Origin: Limnochordia bacterium
Lineage (GTDB): Bacteria; Bacillota; Limnochordia; DTU080
Reading direction: 5' to 3'
Assembly (NCBI GenBank): GCA_050951545.1
Contig: JBMNJG010000006.1
Coordinates: 148,576-212,575, forward strand
DNA: 64,000 nt
A program made the translations under genes and the position numbers. Below the pieces are notes generated by a model. That model had not been told where the DNA came from and searched no databases. It saw nothing but the letters and a program-made list of their open reading frames with translations. Positions 30,319-40,374 of this stretch are shown here, piece by piece. Position 1 is the stretch's first letter, and the number at the start of each line of letters is the position of its first letter.

Positions 30319-32034
30319 CTACAAGGGCAAGTACGCCAGGAGGCGACCTACCACTCCTCCCACGACGACAGCTACCGCTACTGCTCCGACAAGGATTGCT
30401 GCTCCAACCCGCAGCCCCATTTCCTTGAGCAGCACGAGCACAGACGCAATGCAGGGGGTAAAAAGGGTGATGGTTAGCACGGCCACGAGCGTCTGATGAG
30501 GTGTCATAGCTAACGCATACAGGCCAGCCGCTCCAAAATCACGGCGCACAAGCCCCATCACGAAGGCTCGCGCTGCCTGGGGAGGCAGACGCAACCAAGC
30601 CACAGTGAGCGGATAGAACACCCGCTCAATCCAGCGCAGAAACCCACTCTCCTGCATGAGGGAGATCCCCAAGGCACCGCATGCGAAGATCGATGTGGCC
30701 TCTGTAAGGAAGGTCATCACTCTGATCATACTCTTCTTGCATACATTGCCCACCCGCGGCCAACGCAGGGGTGGCAGATCCAAGAGCAGGTCTGTAGAAC
30801 ACCCTGGAAGCAATCCGTTCAGTGCCAGTCCCAAGAGGCCGTACAACAGCAGCAACGTCAGCAGGTACAAGAGCACGTAGCGTGGCCCCAGAGGCACGAT
30901 GAGAGCCGTGATCACAGCTAGCTGGGCCGAACACGGGACGACGATGCTCAGAAGGGCCGCGGCAATAATCCTCTCCCGCCGCGAACCGAGCACCCGTGTC
31001 GTGAAAAGCGCCATCGTAACACACCCAAACCCGAGTATCATGGGAATAACCGCCCGGCCGTTCAGGCCGATCCGATTGAGAAAGCGGTCCGTCAGTACCG
31101 CCACTCGGGGCAAGTAGCCCGAGTCCTCGAGAATCGCTAAGGCTAAGTAGAAACCACTTACCATAGGCAGCAGCAGGCCCAAGGCATAGGTGACAGTCAT
31201 GGTCAAGATGCCGAACTCACCGACCAAGATCCTGTACGGAAAAGACGCTGGTGACAGCACCTGAGCCACGAGAGCCTTGACCATGGGTTCGTAGATGCCT
31301 CGCATCAGTGTCTTTTCGGTAAAGGTGACGATAGTCTGAGCGGCAAGCACCCCGACCAGTTGATAAACGGCCCACAAAACACCCACCAGCATGATGCCAC
31401 CGACCAGCGGGTGGGTCGTCCATTCCTCCCATGATCTACCCGAAACCGGGGATTGTGATCTCACCACATCGCCTACCAGCAAGTCTGCCTGCCGTCGCCG
31501 AGCCGGGCCGAGATGCTCACGCCGTCTGTGACGCCTGGCCTCTGATATGGCTGGCAACAACCCATCCACGCCCTCGCCAGTTATCGCCACCATCGGGACG
31601 ACTGGCACCCCCAAAGCCCTGGCCAACGCCACCACATCCACCTTCAGACCCAAACGCTTCGCCTCATCCATCATGTTGAGGGCGACGACGACAGCCAAGC
31701 CAGCCTCAGTAAGCTGTAGCGTTAGGAAAAGGTCGCGCTTCAGCGTGGTGGCGTTCACGACATTGATGACCACATCACCCTGGAGGATGATGCGACGAGC
31801 GATCACCTCCTCGTCGCTGTAGCTTTCCAGACCATACACACCAGGCGTATCGACCAGCTCATAGCCCATCCAGGTGCCGCGACTCACATCGACCGTAGTA
31901 CCAGGGAAGTTCGACACATGCACGTACAAGCCCGTAAGCCTGTTGAAAAGCACTGACTTGCCGCAGTTGGGATTGCCAGCCAGCACGATGCGCCGCGGTA
32001 CGTGTGTCGCATTTCCAGGTCCAAAGGCATGCAT
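30319..32034 (-). CDS. feoB: Ferrous iron transporter B
   Basis: GNPNCGKS, NFPGTTVD, DTPG, NMMD, LEDSGYLPR, LGFGC, PCSAQL. Confidence 0.93.
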   Translation of the reverse strand: MHAFGPGNATHVPRRIVLAGNPNCGKSVLFNRLTGLYVHVSNFPGTTVDVSRGTWMGYELVDTPGVYGLESYSDEEVIARRIILQGDVVINVVNATTLKRDLFLTLQLTEAGLAVVVALNMMDEAKRLGLKVDVVALARALGVPVVPMVAITGEGVDGLLPAISEARRHRRREHLGPARRRQADLLVGDVVRSQSPVSGRSWEEWTTHPLVGGIMLVGVLWAVYQLVGVLAAQTIVTFTEKTLMRGIYEPMVKALVAQVLSPASFPYRILVGEFGILTMTVTYALGLLLPMVSGFYLALAILEDSGYLPRVAVLTDRFLNRIGLNGRAVIPMILGFGCVTMALFTTRVLGSRRERIIAAALLSIVVPCSAQLAVITALIVPLGPRYVLLYLLTLLLLYGLLGLALNGLLPGCSTDLLLDLPPLRWPRVGNVCKKSMIRVMTFLTEATSIFACGALGISLMQESGFLRWIERVFYPLTVAWLRLPPQAARAFVMGLVRRDFGAAGLYALAMTPHQTLVAVLTITLFTPCIASVLVLLKEMGLRVGAAILVGAVAVAVVVGGVVGRLLAYLPL

Positions 32035-32038
32035 ACTA

Positions 32039-32296
32039 TCAACCTCCCGCTGAAGCGTAGGAGACGTCTCTCACGAGGACTTGCTCGGCAATCCTTCGGC
32101 CCACTGCCATCCTGGCTCTTCCACAGCGCACAACCACCGGGCCGCGGTACAAGTTGCGGACGCAATCGACGATGGTACCCTCCACCAAACCCATGCGCAG
32201 AAGGTGCTCAGCACACCGCTGGTCTTGAACAGCCACGATCCGGTATCGACCACCGGGCCGCGTCTGGGCCAAGAGTCTTTCCTGAGCCCGTATCAC
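32039..32296 (-). CDS. feoA: FeoA family protein
   Basis: LLRMGLVEGT..., GPVVV, MAVGRRIAEQV; immediately upstream of feoB. Confidence 0.88.
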   Translation of the reverse strand: MIRAQERLLAQTRPGGRYRIVAVQDQRCAEHLLRMGLVEGTIVDCVRNLYRGPVVVRCGRARMAVGRRIAEQVLVRDVSYASAGG

Positions 32297-32303
32297 CCCA
32301 GCG

Positions 32304-32356
32304 CCCTCCTAGTAAACGTGTTACGCTGTGCGGACATATCGACGGACAACGACGCG
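32304..32356 (-). repeat. SD-terminated dispersed element, copy 4
   Basis: GTCCGTCGATATGTCCGCACAGCGTAACACGTTTACTAGGAGGG on the - strand. Confidence 0.75.
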
Positions 32357-32533
32357 CGTATTCCTCTGTCAGAGCTGGTAAAGGCTTATGGTCACAAGAA
32401 AGCGGGAAATTCTCGCACGCTGAAGAATAGGTAGCAACATACAGCTCCACACATTCGGCCTTGCCCGATAGACACTCGTACGTATGCAGTCATATGGAGG
32501 AGATCACAGTGGCAGAACCATTGCGGCATTCTA

Positions 32534-33532
32534 TTGGACAAGTGCAGGGGTAGCCGTTCACGGAGCAGGGCCCAGGCCTTCGTGAGCATTGGCATACTCC
32601 TGATTCTCGCTGCGGGGATCTTTGCCGTAGAGGCCCAGGCTGAGGGTAAGCAAGTGCAGGGCAATGTGGTACGCGTCGGCTCGGACTACGTGGTTGACGC
32701 AAGCACCTCATTCAGTGGAAACATCATCGTCTTTGGCGGCAACATCTCGATACAGGGCGCTCTGGAAGGGCGAGCTATCGCTGTGGGAGGCACGGTTCGT
32801 GTCGAAGGAAATGTCGCTGGTGACATAGTGGCTATTGGCGGTCGCACAGTTCTCTTGCGGGGGGCCGCGATTACTGGCAGTGTAAATGCGGTGGGTGGGG
32901 GCGTAGAGCGGGCGGAGAACGTGGAACTATGCGGCGAAGTGAACAGTATCAGCTTGGCTCAAGGCCTGCGTGTACCCCAGTTTCGTCTATTCCCCTTTCA
33001 GCCCCGATCAGTGCCCGTCTACACTCTTTACCTGCTAGGACTCTATCTTACTGTTCTAGCGGTGGGCTACCTGTTCCCTGAACACGCCCGCACTGCGGGT
33101 AGCGTACTGGCCGCCCTCCCTTGGCGTAGTCTGTGGGTTGGAGCGGTGGCCCTACTGCTGATCGTACCACTGACAGTTCTGATGGTGCTCTCGGTGATAG
33201 GCCGCCCCCTCATTCTTGTGTTGTGGCTGGGTTTTCTAGTAGCGAAACTGCTTGGCTACGTCGCTATGGTACGCGTCACGGGAGCTCTACTGGTGGAGCG
33301 TCTGGGGTATCACACTTGTACTGCGATCCACGTAGCCTCCGGAGTCGTAGTTCTCGGGCTGTTGCGCGCCATTCCATTTGTTGGTGTCATCTCTGGAATC
33401 GTTGTCTTTCTCGGTGGCCTGGGTGCCGCGCTGATCAGCCGTCTCGGAATGGGTGGAAGCTGGTTTTCGCTTCCTCCAAAGTGTCGGGCACGCAAGAGTT
33501 CTAAGGGCAGTTCGGCAGCGAGGGATGCCTAA
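32534..33532 (+). CDS. Membrane protein with bactofilin-like beta-helix repeats
   Basis: Signal peptide, repeated G-N/D-x-V-A-x-G-G units, C-terminal multi-TM domain. Confidence 0.8.
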   Translation: MDKCRGSRSRSRAQAFVSIGILLILAAGIFAVEAQAEGKQVQGNVVRVGSDYVVDASTSFSGNIIVFGGNISIQGALEGRAIAVGGTVRVEGNVAGDIVAIGGRTVLLRGAAITGSVNAVGGGVERAENVELCGEVNSISLAQGLRVPQFRLFPFQPRSVPVYTLYLLGLYLTVLAVGYLFPEHARTAGSVLAALPWRSLWVGAVALLLIVPLTVLMVLSVIGRPLILVLWLGFLVAKLLGYVAMVRVTGALLVERLGYHTCTAIHVASGVVVLGLLRAIPFVGVISGIVVFLGGLGAALISRLGMGGSWFSLPPKCRARKSSKGSSAARDA

Positions 33533-33600
33533 CGGCCAGCTATGTGTGGTACAATGGTGCTGTAGAGAATATTTCGCTCTATTCGACGAGGAGGCGATCT

Positions 33601-34170
33601 ATGATGAACGCGACCTCCGGTGTTCATGCCCAGGCTGCGTCCGGAAGACCCTGCTCCCAGGCGCGCAAAGCGCCATCGTTCGCCCAAGCCCTCGTCTGTT
33701 GCCAGCGTTGCCTAAAAGGAACGCCCGAAGACTACCACGCCTGCGTATGCATCGGCAAACTGGCCTACCTGCATAAGGAGTACCACTGCGCCACACAGCA
33801 CTATCTGCGTGCCGCGGCCCTCAGTCTTTTCCGTCACCTCGACCAACCCGGCTTACGTCGGCTACGCAAAAGGACTAGCATCGCCCCCCATCGCGCACGA
33901 CAGGACGCCGCATCTATCCTCAAGGAGTACGAGCCAACGCTGTTGTATCATCTCGGGCACGCACGTCACGCCACGACGACACACAACGCAGAGGAGTACG
34001 ATACCCATCTGATGCACTACACCAAAGGCATTCGCGGTCTGACGCCACTAGCCTACGACCCCTCACCGAACCTACTTGCACACTTCCACGAGGAGGGGCT
34101 CACCGCATTGCATCAGGGCGGTGACTTCATACTCACTGTGGTAGAGCAGTACAGCCGATTCTGCGAGTAA
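33601..34170 (+). CDS. Hypothetical protein with a TPR-like segment
   Basis: GAGGAGG SD before the ATG at 33601; IGKLAYLHKEYHCATQHYLRA looks like a TPR. Confidence 0.55.
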   Translation: MMNATSGVHAQAASGRPCSQARKAPSFAQALVCCQRCLKGTPEDYHACVCIGKLAYLHKEYHCATQHYLRAAALSLFRHLDQPGLRRLRKRTSIAPHRARQDAASILKEYEPTLLYHLGHARHATTTHNAEEYDTHLMHYTKGIRGLTPLAYDPSPNLLAHFHEEGLTALHQGGDFILTVVEQYSRFCE

Positions 34171-34275
34171 GCTGCGCTTTCTTCCATTGTTTCACACACA
34201 AGATCTAGAAAGGATGCTATACTCAAAGGGATGTTGGGCAGTTCTCAGAAGAGATGTGGGCAAGGAGGAGATTCT

Positions 34276-35358
34276 GTGAAGCATTCCCGTCGCCTTGTGA
34301 TGAGAGTTCTACCCTTTGCTATCGTAGCCACATTGGTTGCCAGTGGTACGCTCGCCGCTGCACCTACACTATCAGTCTCGCAGGCAGTGGAGTTAGGTTT
34401 GAGTCAGAACATTTCCCTGAAAATAGCGGAGCTGAACAACTTTACCGCTCAGATAGCCTACGAGAAGGTAGTCGCCAGCAATCCTACCCCTGTAACTCGT
34501 CGCTCTGCGGAGATCAACTGGGAAAAGGCTCAAGACGCCTTCCGAGCTGCGAAGATCGATGTCGTCATCTCTACTTTAGGGTCTTACGTCGCACTTCAGA
34601 ATACTGCTTTCGACCTTCAGATCAAGGAGAAGCAAGCTGACGTCGCCCTGCGCAACTGGGAAAAGACCCAGATTCTGGTACAGAAGGGAACGGCAGGTGT
34701 CCTTGACGAACTGCAAGCACAGCTAAACTATACCTCTGCTGCCAATAACCTTGCTAAAGCCCAAGACAGCTTCGCTGAGAGCACGACGGCTTTTGCCAAT
34801 ATGTTGGGCGTAGACGAGCTGCCCCAACTCTCTGAGGCGAATCTGCTACTGATTCCTGAGATAGAGATAACCGCCGACGAGGCACTGCAGACAGCTCTGG
34901 CCCACAGCCTAACGATCAAAGACAAAGAAGTGGCCCTGGAACTCGCCCAGATCCAGCGGACACAAGATGAGCTGCTAGGCCTGGCCCGGGCAGATGACAG
35001 CCTCTCAAAGAACAGCCTGAAACTGGCGGAACTAAACCTGGCCAAAGCACGTGCTGACTTCACGGAAGACGTCATCTCCTCCTACAATGCTCTCGTTCAG
35101 CTCAAGAAGAGCCTGGCAATGGCCCAAAGCTCGCTGGAGATGGAGACGCGTAAGTTTGACATTGTGCGCAAGCAGTATGATGCAGGCCTGAAGACCCCCA
35201 GCGAGGTCGAGAACAGCGAGATCGCACTTCTCTCGTCTCAGAGGGATCTTCGCAACGCCCATCGTTCCTACGTTCTGGCATGGCTGTCTTTCCAGAAGAC
35301 GCTTGGCAACGACATCGACCTGAGTGGGGTTGTGAAACCCGATGCGAGCGACAACTAA
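34276..35358 (+). CDS. TolC family outer-membrane efflux protein
   Basis: LSVSQAVELGLSQN, YVAL, YDAGLKTPSEV coiled-coil OEP pattern; GTG start behind GGAGGAG. Confidence 0.8.
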   Translation: MKHSRRLVMRVLPFAIVATLVASGTLAAAPTLSVSQAVELGLSQNISLKIAELNNFTAQIAYEKVVASNPTPVTRRSAEINWEKAQDAFRAAKIDVVISTLGSYVALQNTAFDLQIKEKQADVALRNWEKTQILVQKGTAGVLDELQAQLNYTSAANNLAKAQDSFAESTTAFANMLGVDELPQLSEANLLLIPEIEITADEALQTALAHSLTIKDKEVALELAQIQRTQDELLGLARADDSLSKNSLKLAELNLAKARADFTEDVISSYNALVQLKKSLAMAQSSLEMETRKFDIVRKQYDAGLKTPSEVENSEIALLSSQRDLRNAHRSYVLAWLSFQKTLGNDIDLSGVVKPDASDN

Positions 35359-36775
35359 AACCAAGATAGTCCCTGTTGTCCTGCTCAGTCTGGCCATAAT
35401 GGTACTTCCTTCCATTGAGGCTGAGCAAGCCACACTTACCTGGGAGCAGGCCATCTCTCGATCGCTGATCTATCATCCGAGTGTAACCTCAGCGATCAAA
35501 GCTGAAGAGGCGGCTCAGAGGGCGCTTGAGAGGGCCTCCGCTGCCTATGCTCCGCAGCTCACCCTATCGTCGAAGCCTGCCAGCACGGGGAATCGGCAGG
35601 ACAGTGCTGGGAAATATCAGCGGTACACTGAGGGTGAGGCCCGACTGACCGCGGGCTTGGCGACATCGGTTGGGGCCTCTGGGTCGGCTGCCTTAGGCCA
35701 CACCTGGTCTCAGAGGCAACACCAGGGCCGCTCCTTCCTCTCCTTGGCAGCTACCGCCAGTCTAGATCCGAGGGGGCGTCTGTACAGCAGCACACGTATG
35801 GCCTTGGAAAAGGCGCGCATCACAGCTCAGAAGGCCGCCTGGGATCGTCAGGAACAAGCACAGGCGACGGCACTGAGCGTCCTTTCGACGTTCTGGCGCC
35901 TGGAACTTGATGCCCAAAGACTAGCCATAACTCGTGAGAGCCGGGAGAGGCAGGCAGATATCTACGCCCGAGTACTCGAACGCAAGAGACTGGGTCTCGC
36001 CACCGATACCGATGTGCTGGAGGCTGAGATCGAATGGTGCCAAGCGGAAGTGGCTGAGCAGAAAGCAGAGGCGGAATACCGCACCCGCCTGCTGGCCTTT
36101 GCCCGGGATCTTGAGCTGCCGTCGGAGATCGCGCTCGCTCCCTCGGGGGGCTTTCCTGAGCATGAACTCGTAGACAACCTTGACAGGTCGGCCCTGGAAC
36201 AGGCAGCGCGTGAGCAGAGCCTAGCGGTACGCAAACGCAGTCTTGACGTAGGTTACAGCACGCTCGAACTTCAGCAGGCCAAAGCGGCGCGTTGGCCAGA
36301 CATCGCTGTATCGGGAAATTACAGCATACCTGACCTATCCAAGACTGATACGACTGTCCGACCCTGGGGAGTCTTCATCAACGTGGAGCTGCCCATTCTT
36401 GACGGTGGACGCCGTCGTCTGAGCGTCGCGGACAGAGAAGCGGAACTGCAGAGTGCACAAGCAGCCATGATGCGTGACCAAGAGGGCACACTCAGTACGC
36501 TGCAGCAGAAGGTGACCAACTGGGAGATCGCCCGCCGTAACGTACAGATCGCCCGTTTGAAACTGACGCACGCCCAGCTCGAGGAGACGCTGAAGATACG
36601 GCAACACACCAGCGGCCTAGTGAGCGACTCGGCTTTGCGCGCAGCACATACAGAGACTCTTCTCGCCGCTGTGGCTCTGCAAGATGCCGTCCACGCACAA
36701 GCTCTTTCGCAACTAGAGATCAGTGCCATGGCCGGAGAGACACTCACCGTCGGAGGCAGACAGCTACTTCCGTGA
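35342..36775 (+). CDS. TolC family outer-membrane efflux protein
   Basis: LTWEQAI..SL.YHP, AAYAPQLTL, LGLATDTDVLEAE, ARWPDIAVSG, VELPILDGG. Confidence 0.82.
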   Translation: MRATTKTKIVPVVLLSLAIMVLPSIEAEQATLTWEQAISRSLIYHPSVTSAIKAEEAAQRALERASAAYAPQLTLSSKPASTGNRQDSAGKYQRYTEGEARLTAGLATSVGASGSAALGHTWSQRQHQGRSFLSLAATASLDPRGRLYSSTRMALEKARITAQKAAWDRQEQAQATALSVLSTFWRLELDAQRLAITRESRERQADIYARVLERKRLGLATDTDVLEAEIEWCQAEVAEQKAEAEYRTRLLAFARDLELPSEIALAPSGGFPEHELVDNLDRSALEQAAREQSLAVRKRSLDVGYSTLELQQAKAARWPDIAVSGNYSIPDLSKTDTTVRPWGVFINVELPILDGGRRRLSVADREAELQSAQAAMMRDQEGTLSTLQQKVTNWEIARRNVQIARLKLTHAQLEETLKIRQHTSGLVSDSALRAAHTETLLAAVALQDAVHAQALSQLEISAMAGETLTVGGRQLLP

Positions 36776-36879
36776 GCTCTCGGCGGACAAGCCCTAAGCA
36801 ACCACGAGGCGGCCGCTGCTGGCCGCCTCGATTGCAGGTGGCACTGATCCGAAACTCGATCTGAAAAAGGAGTACCGCC

Positions 36880-37896
36880 TTGGAACGCACTTCCTGGGAA
36901 TCCCGCCTGAGCCATCGCCAAGTCAAGACACGATTGCAGGCCGTGCAAGAGATCGCCGGCAGCAAGGACCCTGCGCGCATGCCTCTACTGCTACGCGCCC
37001 TACAGGATCGGTCGAATTTCGTGGTAGCCGCTGCCGCCAGAGGCCTTAGTACATCGCCAAGCCAGCAAGCCATAGAGCCCTTGATGCAGCGCTTCCGATG
37101 GCTAGACGAAAAGGGCAAGACCCGGGATGCCACCTGCGCTGCCCGCATCGCGATCATTCCTGCTCTCGTCGCTTGCGAGGCCGCCGAAGCTGGCGATCTC
37201 TACCTACGAGCCATCAGAACCGTCCAAATCGAGCCCTCCGGCATGGGTGTGGAGGATGTCGCCATTCCTCTGCGAATTGAGGCGGCGACGGCGTTGGCGA
37301 CTTTTCGCATTCCTGGCACGCTCCTTGCGCTGGCCATCCTGCTAGTCGATGCCTCCCCTGTAGCACGTGCAGCAGCAGCCACCGCACTGGAGTACCTCGG
37401 CGATCCCGGTGCGGTGGCTGTGTTGGGCATGCGCTTAGCCAGGCCCGGGGCCGAAGAGCCCGAAGTCCTGGTCGCTTGCATGGATGCCCTCGTCAACCTC
37501 GATGCTGACGCGGCCCTCCAGCTAGTCTCACCATTTTTGGAGAGCACCGATCCGTACCTAGTCGCTGGGGCAGCAACGGCCTTGGCGAGACTGGGGCAGT
37601 CGTATCACGAGAAAGTGCTGGTTCTGTTAGAAGAGGCCTGTGACCGGACTGCCGCACAAGCCCGAGAGGCTGTCATTCTGGCCATCGCCTCCATGCGGTC
37701 CGATGCTACGGCGGTAAGCCTTAGTCGACTGGCCAACCACCACGAAGCGGCCGTGCGCTTGGCCACTGTGATGGCTTTGGAACAGCGGGCCGACGCAGAG
37801 TCAGAACGCTTGCTTCGAGAGCTTGCAGCACGGACCACCGATCGCCAGGTATCCCGTGCTGCCAAAGAGGTACTGCAACGGCTCGCACAGTCCTAG
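36880..37896 (+). CDS. HEAT-repeat protein
   Basis: Repeated L.D....VR.AAA.AL helical units. Confidence 0.8.
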   Translation: MERTSWESRLSHRQVKTRLQAVQEIAGSKDPARMPLLLRALQDRSNFVVAAAARGLSTSPSQQAIEPLMQRFRWLDEKGKTRDATCAARIAIIPALVACEAAEAGDLYLRAIRTVQIEPSGMGVEDVAIPLRIEAATALATFRIPGTLLALAILLVDASPVARAAAATALEYLGDPGAVAVLGMRLARPGAEEPEVLVACMDALVNLDADAALQLVSPFLESTDPYLVAGAATALARLGQSYHEKVLVLLEEACDRTAAQAREAVILAIASMRSDATAVSLSRLANHHEAAVRLATVMALEQRADAESERLLRELAARTTDRQVSRAAKEVLQRLAQS

Positions 37897-37903
37897 ACCA
37901 ATC

Positions 37904-38704
37904 TCATCTACTCGCCAGCCATGTGGCACAAAGTTCTGGCCAGGCCCGCACCTGCGGATGTTCGGCGGCCAAGCCCAGACCGTGTCGGCCATCGGGGAAG
38001 ATGTGCATCTCCCAAGGAACGCCGTGACGACTGAGTGCTGCGGCAAACATGAGACTGTTTTCCACGGGCACTCCTGCGTCGTTCGCCGTATGCCACAAGA
38101 AGGTGGACGGCGTGGCCTCCGTCACCTGCTGCTCATTCGACAGATGCCTACGCATCTCCTCAGAAGGCTCCGGCCCCAACAGATTACGCATAGAGCCCAA
38201 GTGAGCATACTGATCGCCAAAGGTGATCACCGGGTAGCATAGAATCAGAAAATCGGGTCGGCAGCTATGCCGCATAACTGGATCGGACGCAGAAAGGGAG
38301 CCTGCATCGAAATGCGTTCCAGCGGTTGCCGCCAGGTGTCCGCCTGCCGAAAAACCCAAGATCCCCACTCGCTGGGGATCGATCCCCCACTCTTTGGCCT
38401 TGTAGCGCACAAGGCGCAATGCCCTTTGGGCATCCATCAGCGGATAAGGATGACGATAGGGGGCTACACGGTAACGCAGCACCACTGCACACAGACCTAT
38501 GGCGTTAAGCCAACGAGCGACGGGCTCTCCTTCATGGGCAGCCCTGTGGGCGTACCCACCCCCCGGGCACACCACCACGGCAGCCCGGGCCTGCTCACCG
38601 CCCAACAGGTACGGTGTAAGCGAAGGCTGGTCTTCTTCTCCACTGCCCAAAGCTCCCGGTACCTGCTCGTTCCATAGTGGAACATCCGACCTCATGGTCA
38701 TCAT
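37904..38704 (-). CDS. Alpha/beta hydrolase (esterase)
   Basis: CPGGGY, GFSAGGH, HTANDAGV, DGRHG. Confidence 0.9.
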   Translation of the reverse strand: MMTMRSDVPLWNEQVPGALGSGEEDQPSLTPYLLGGEQARAAVVVCPGGGYAHRAAHEGEPVARWLNAIGLCAVVLRYRVAPYRHPYPLMDAQRALRLVRYKAKEWGIDPQRVGILGFSAGGHLAATAGTHFDAGSLSASDPVMRHSCRPDFLILCYPVITFGDQYAHLGSMRNLLGPEPSEEMRRHLSNEQQVTEATPSTFLWHTANDAGVPVENSLMFAAALSRHGVPWEMHIFPDGRHGLGLAAEHPQVRAWPELCATWLASR

Positions 38705-38709
38705 TTGCA

Positions 38710-38810
38710 CTCCCCTAGAAAGTCGTGTCATGCTGTGCGGGCATGTCGGCGGCCTCCGATTCTTGCCAAGCGATGGTGTCGATCTTCACGTCTGGTTGGC
38801 CGCCGCGTCG
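38710..38810 (-). repeat. SD-terminated dispersed element, copy 5 (longest, with inverted arms)
   Basis: GGCCGCCGACATGCCCGCACAGCATGACACGACTTTCTAGGGGAG on the - strand; CGGCGGCC...GGCCGCCG inverted arms on the + strand. Confidence 0.8.
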
Positions 38811-38818
38811 CAAAAACG

Positions 38819-40207
38819 CTAGAAGACAAGCCGCTCGTGCAACCACCCGGCCACCTCGGCGACGGGAAGACGCACCTGCTCCATGGAATCACGCTCACGA
38901 ATCGTGACAGCACCATCATCCGGGGACTCAAAATCATAGGTGATGCAGTAGGGTGTGCCAATTTCGTCCTGGCGCCGATACCGCTTGCCAATGCTGGCCG
39001 TCTCATCGTAGTCGATCATGAAATGCTTCCGTAGCGTCGCATAGACCTCGCTCGCCTGCTCGCTTAGCTTGCGCGACAGCGGTAGCACAGCGGCCTTGTA
39101 GGGAGCCAGCGCCGGATGCAGACGCAGGACGACCCGGGTATCGCCACCAGCCAGCTTCTCTTCACAATAGGCGTCGGTCAGGAAAGCGAGGAAGAGACGC
39201 TCTACGCCCACCGAAGGCTCGACGCAGAAGGGGACGTACCTCTCTTTTGTGAAGGGATCGAGATACGTAAAGTCCTCGCCAGATGCCTCAGCATGACTCC
39301 GCAGGTCATAGTCCGTGCGATCGGCGATGCCCCATAGCTCACCCCAGCCAAAGGGGAAGCGGTACTCAATGTCGCTGGTGGCCTTGCTATAATGCGACAG
39401 CTCCTCTGGAGCATGGTCGCGCAAGCGCAACCGCTCCTCGCCAAGCCCTAAGCTGTGCAACCAATCGTAGCAGAAGTTGCGCCAGTAACTGAACCACTCC
39501 AAGTCCTCTCCGGGTTTGCAGAAGAACTCGAGTTCCATCTGCTCAAACTCGCGGGTTCGGAAGACAAAGTTGCCAGGTGTGATCTCATTGCGAAACGCCT
39601 TGCCGATCTGGGCAATGCCCAGAGGTAACTTGGTGCGGGTGGTCCGCAGCACATTACGGAAGTTGACAAAGATGCCTTGGGCCGTCTCCGGTCGCAGGTA
39701 CACTACCGCTTGGGAATCCTCAGTGACCCCCTGGAAGGTCTTAAACATCATGTTGAAGCGGCGGACGTCCGTGAAGTCACGGGCCCCGCACTGCGGGCAG
39801 CCGATCTCTTGACCACGGATGAATTCCATCAACCGCTCGTTAGACCACCCGTCGGCATTGATCTCCTGACCTTGAGCGGCTACCCAGTCATCGACAAGTT
39901 TGTCCGCTCGAAAACGCGACTTGCAGACGCGGCAGTCGGTCAGAGGATCTGTGAAGCTGGAGAGATGCCCAGAGACGTCCCACACCTGGGGGTTCATCAG
40001 TATTGCAGCATCCATTCCGACGTTGTGGGGTGATTCCTGCACGAACTTCTGCCACCAAGCTTGCTTGATGTTGTTTTTCATCTCCACGCCCAACGGCCCG
40101 TAATCCCAGGCATTAGCCAGACCTCCATAGATCTGTGAGCCGGGAAAGACAAAGCCGCGTGTCTTGCAGAGGGCCACAATCTTCTCCATCGTCGTTGTTT
40201 CTTCCAT
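38819..40207 (-). CDS. glyQS: Glycine--tRNA ligase, alpha2 type
   Basis: [67 protein letters not shown]. Confidence 0.96.
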   Translation of the reverse strand: MEETTTMEKIVALCKTRGFVFPGSQIYGGLANAWDYGPLGVEMKNNIKQAWWQKFVQESPHNVGMDAAILMNPQVWDVSGHLSSFTDPLTDCRVCKSRFRADKLVDDWVAAQGQEINADGWSNERLMEFIRGQEIGCPQCGARDFTDVRRFNMMFKTFQGVTEDSQAVVYLRPETAQGIFVNFRNVLRTTRTKLPLGIAQIGKAFRNEITPGNFVFRTREFEQMELEFFCKPGEDLEWFSYWRNFCYDWLHSLGLGEERLRLRDHAPEELSHYSKATSDIEYRFPFGWGELWGIADRTDYDLRSHAEASGEDFTYLDPFTKERYVPFCVEPSVGVERLFLAFLTDAYCEEKLAGGDTRVVLRLHPALAPYKAAVLPLSRKLSEQASEVYATLRKHFMIDYDETASIGKRYRRQDEIGTPYCITYDFESPDDGAVTIRERDSMEQVRLPVAEVAGWLHERLVF

Positions 40208-40269
40208 ACCGTTAAGCTCCCCTCATCGGAACAGAGGCTGCCTGGCGCCTCACCGCACATGATAGGTTG

Positions 40270-40302
40270 AAAACCAGGAACCCGACATGGCCGGGCTCCT
40301 GG
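40270..40302 (-). terminator. Terminator hairpin between the oxidoreductase gene and glyQS
   Basis: CCAGGAGCCCGGC-CAT-GTCGGGTTCCTGG-TTTT on the - strand. Confidence 0.65.
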
Positions 40303-40374
40303 CTCCAAGTTCGATATCCGTGTGTAGCCTGCTTCCCGCCTGGGCCACGTATGCGCACCGCCTGCCTGGGTGCC

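Noticed and set aside
17428-38810. Integron attC interpretation of the dispersed element
   Set aside because: No RYYYAAC/GTTRRRY boxes in the required arrangement, no integrase in the window, and the flanking genes are housekeeping.
40208-40374. T-box riboswitch upstream of glyQS
   Set aside because: A terminator hairpin is present, but I see no AGGGTGGNACCGCG-like T-box and there is too little room for stem I. Two CCCAGGC copies were noted but are not interpretable without a covariance search.
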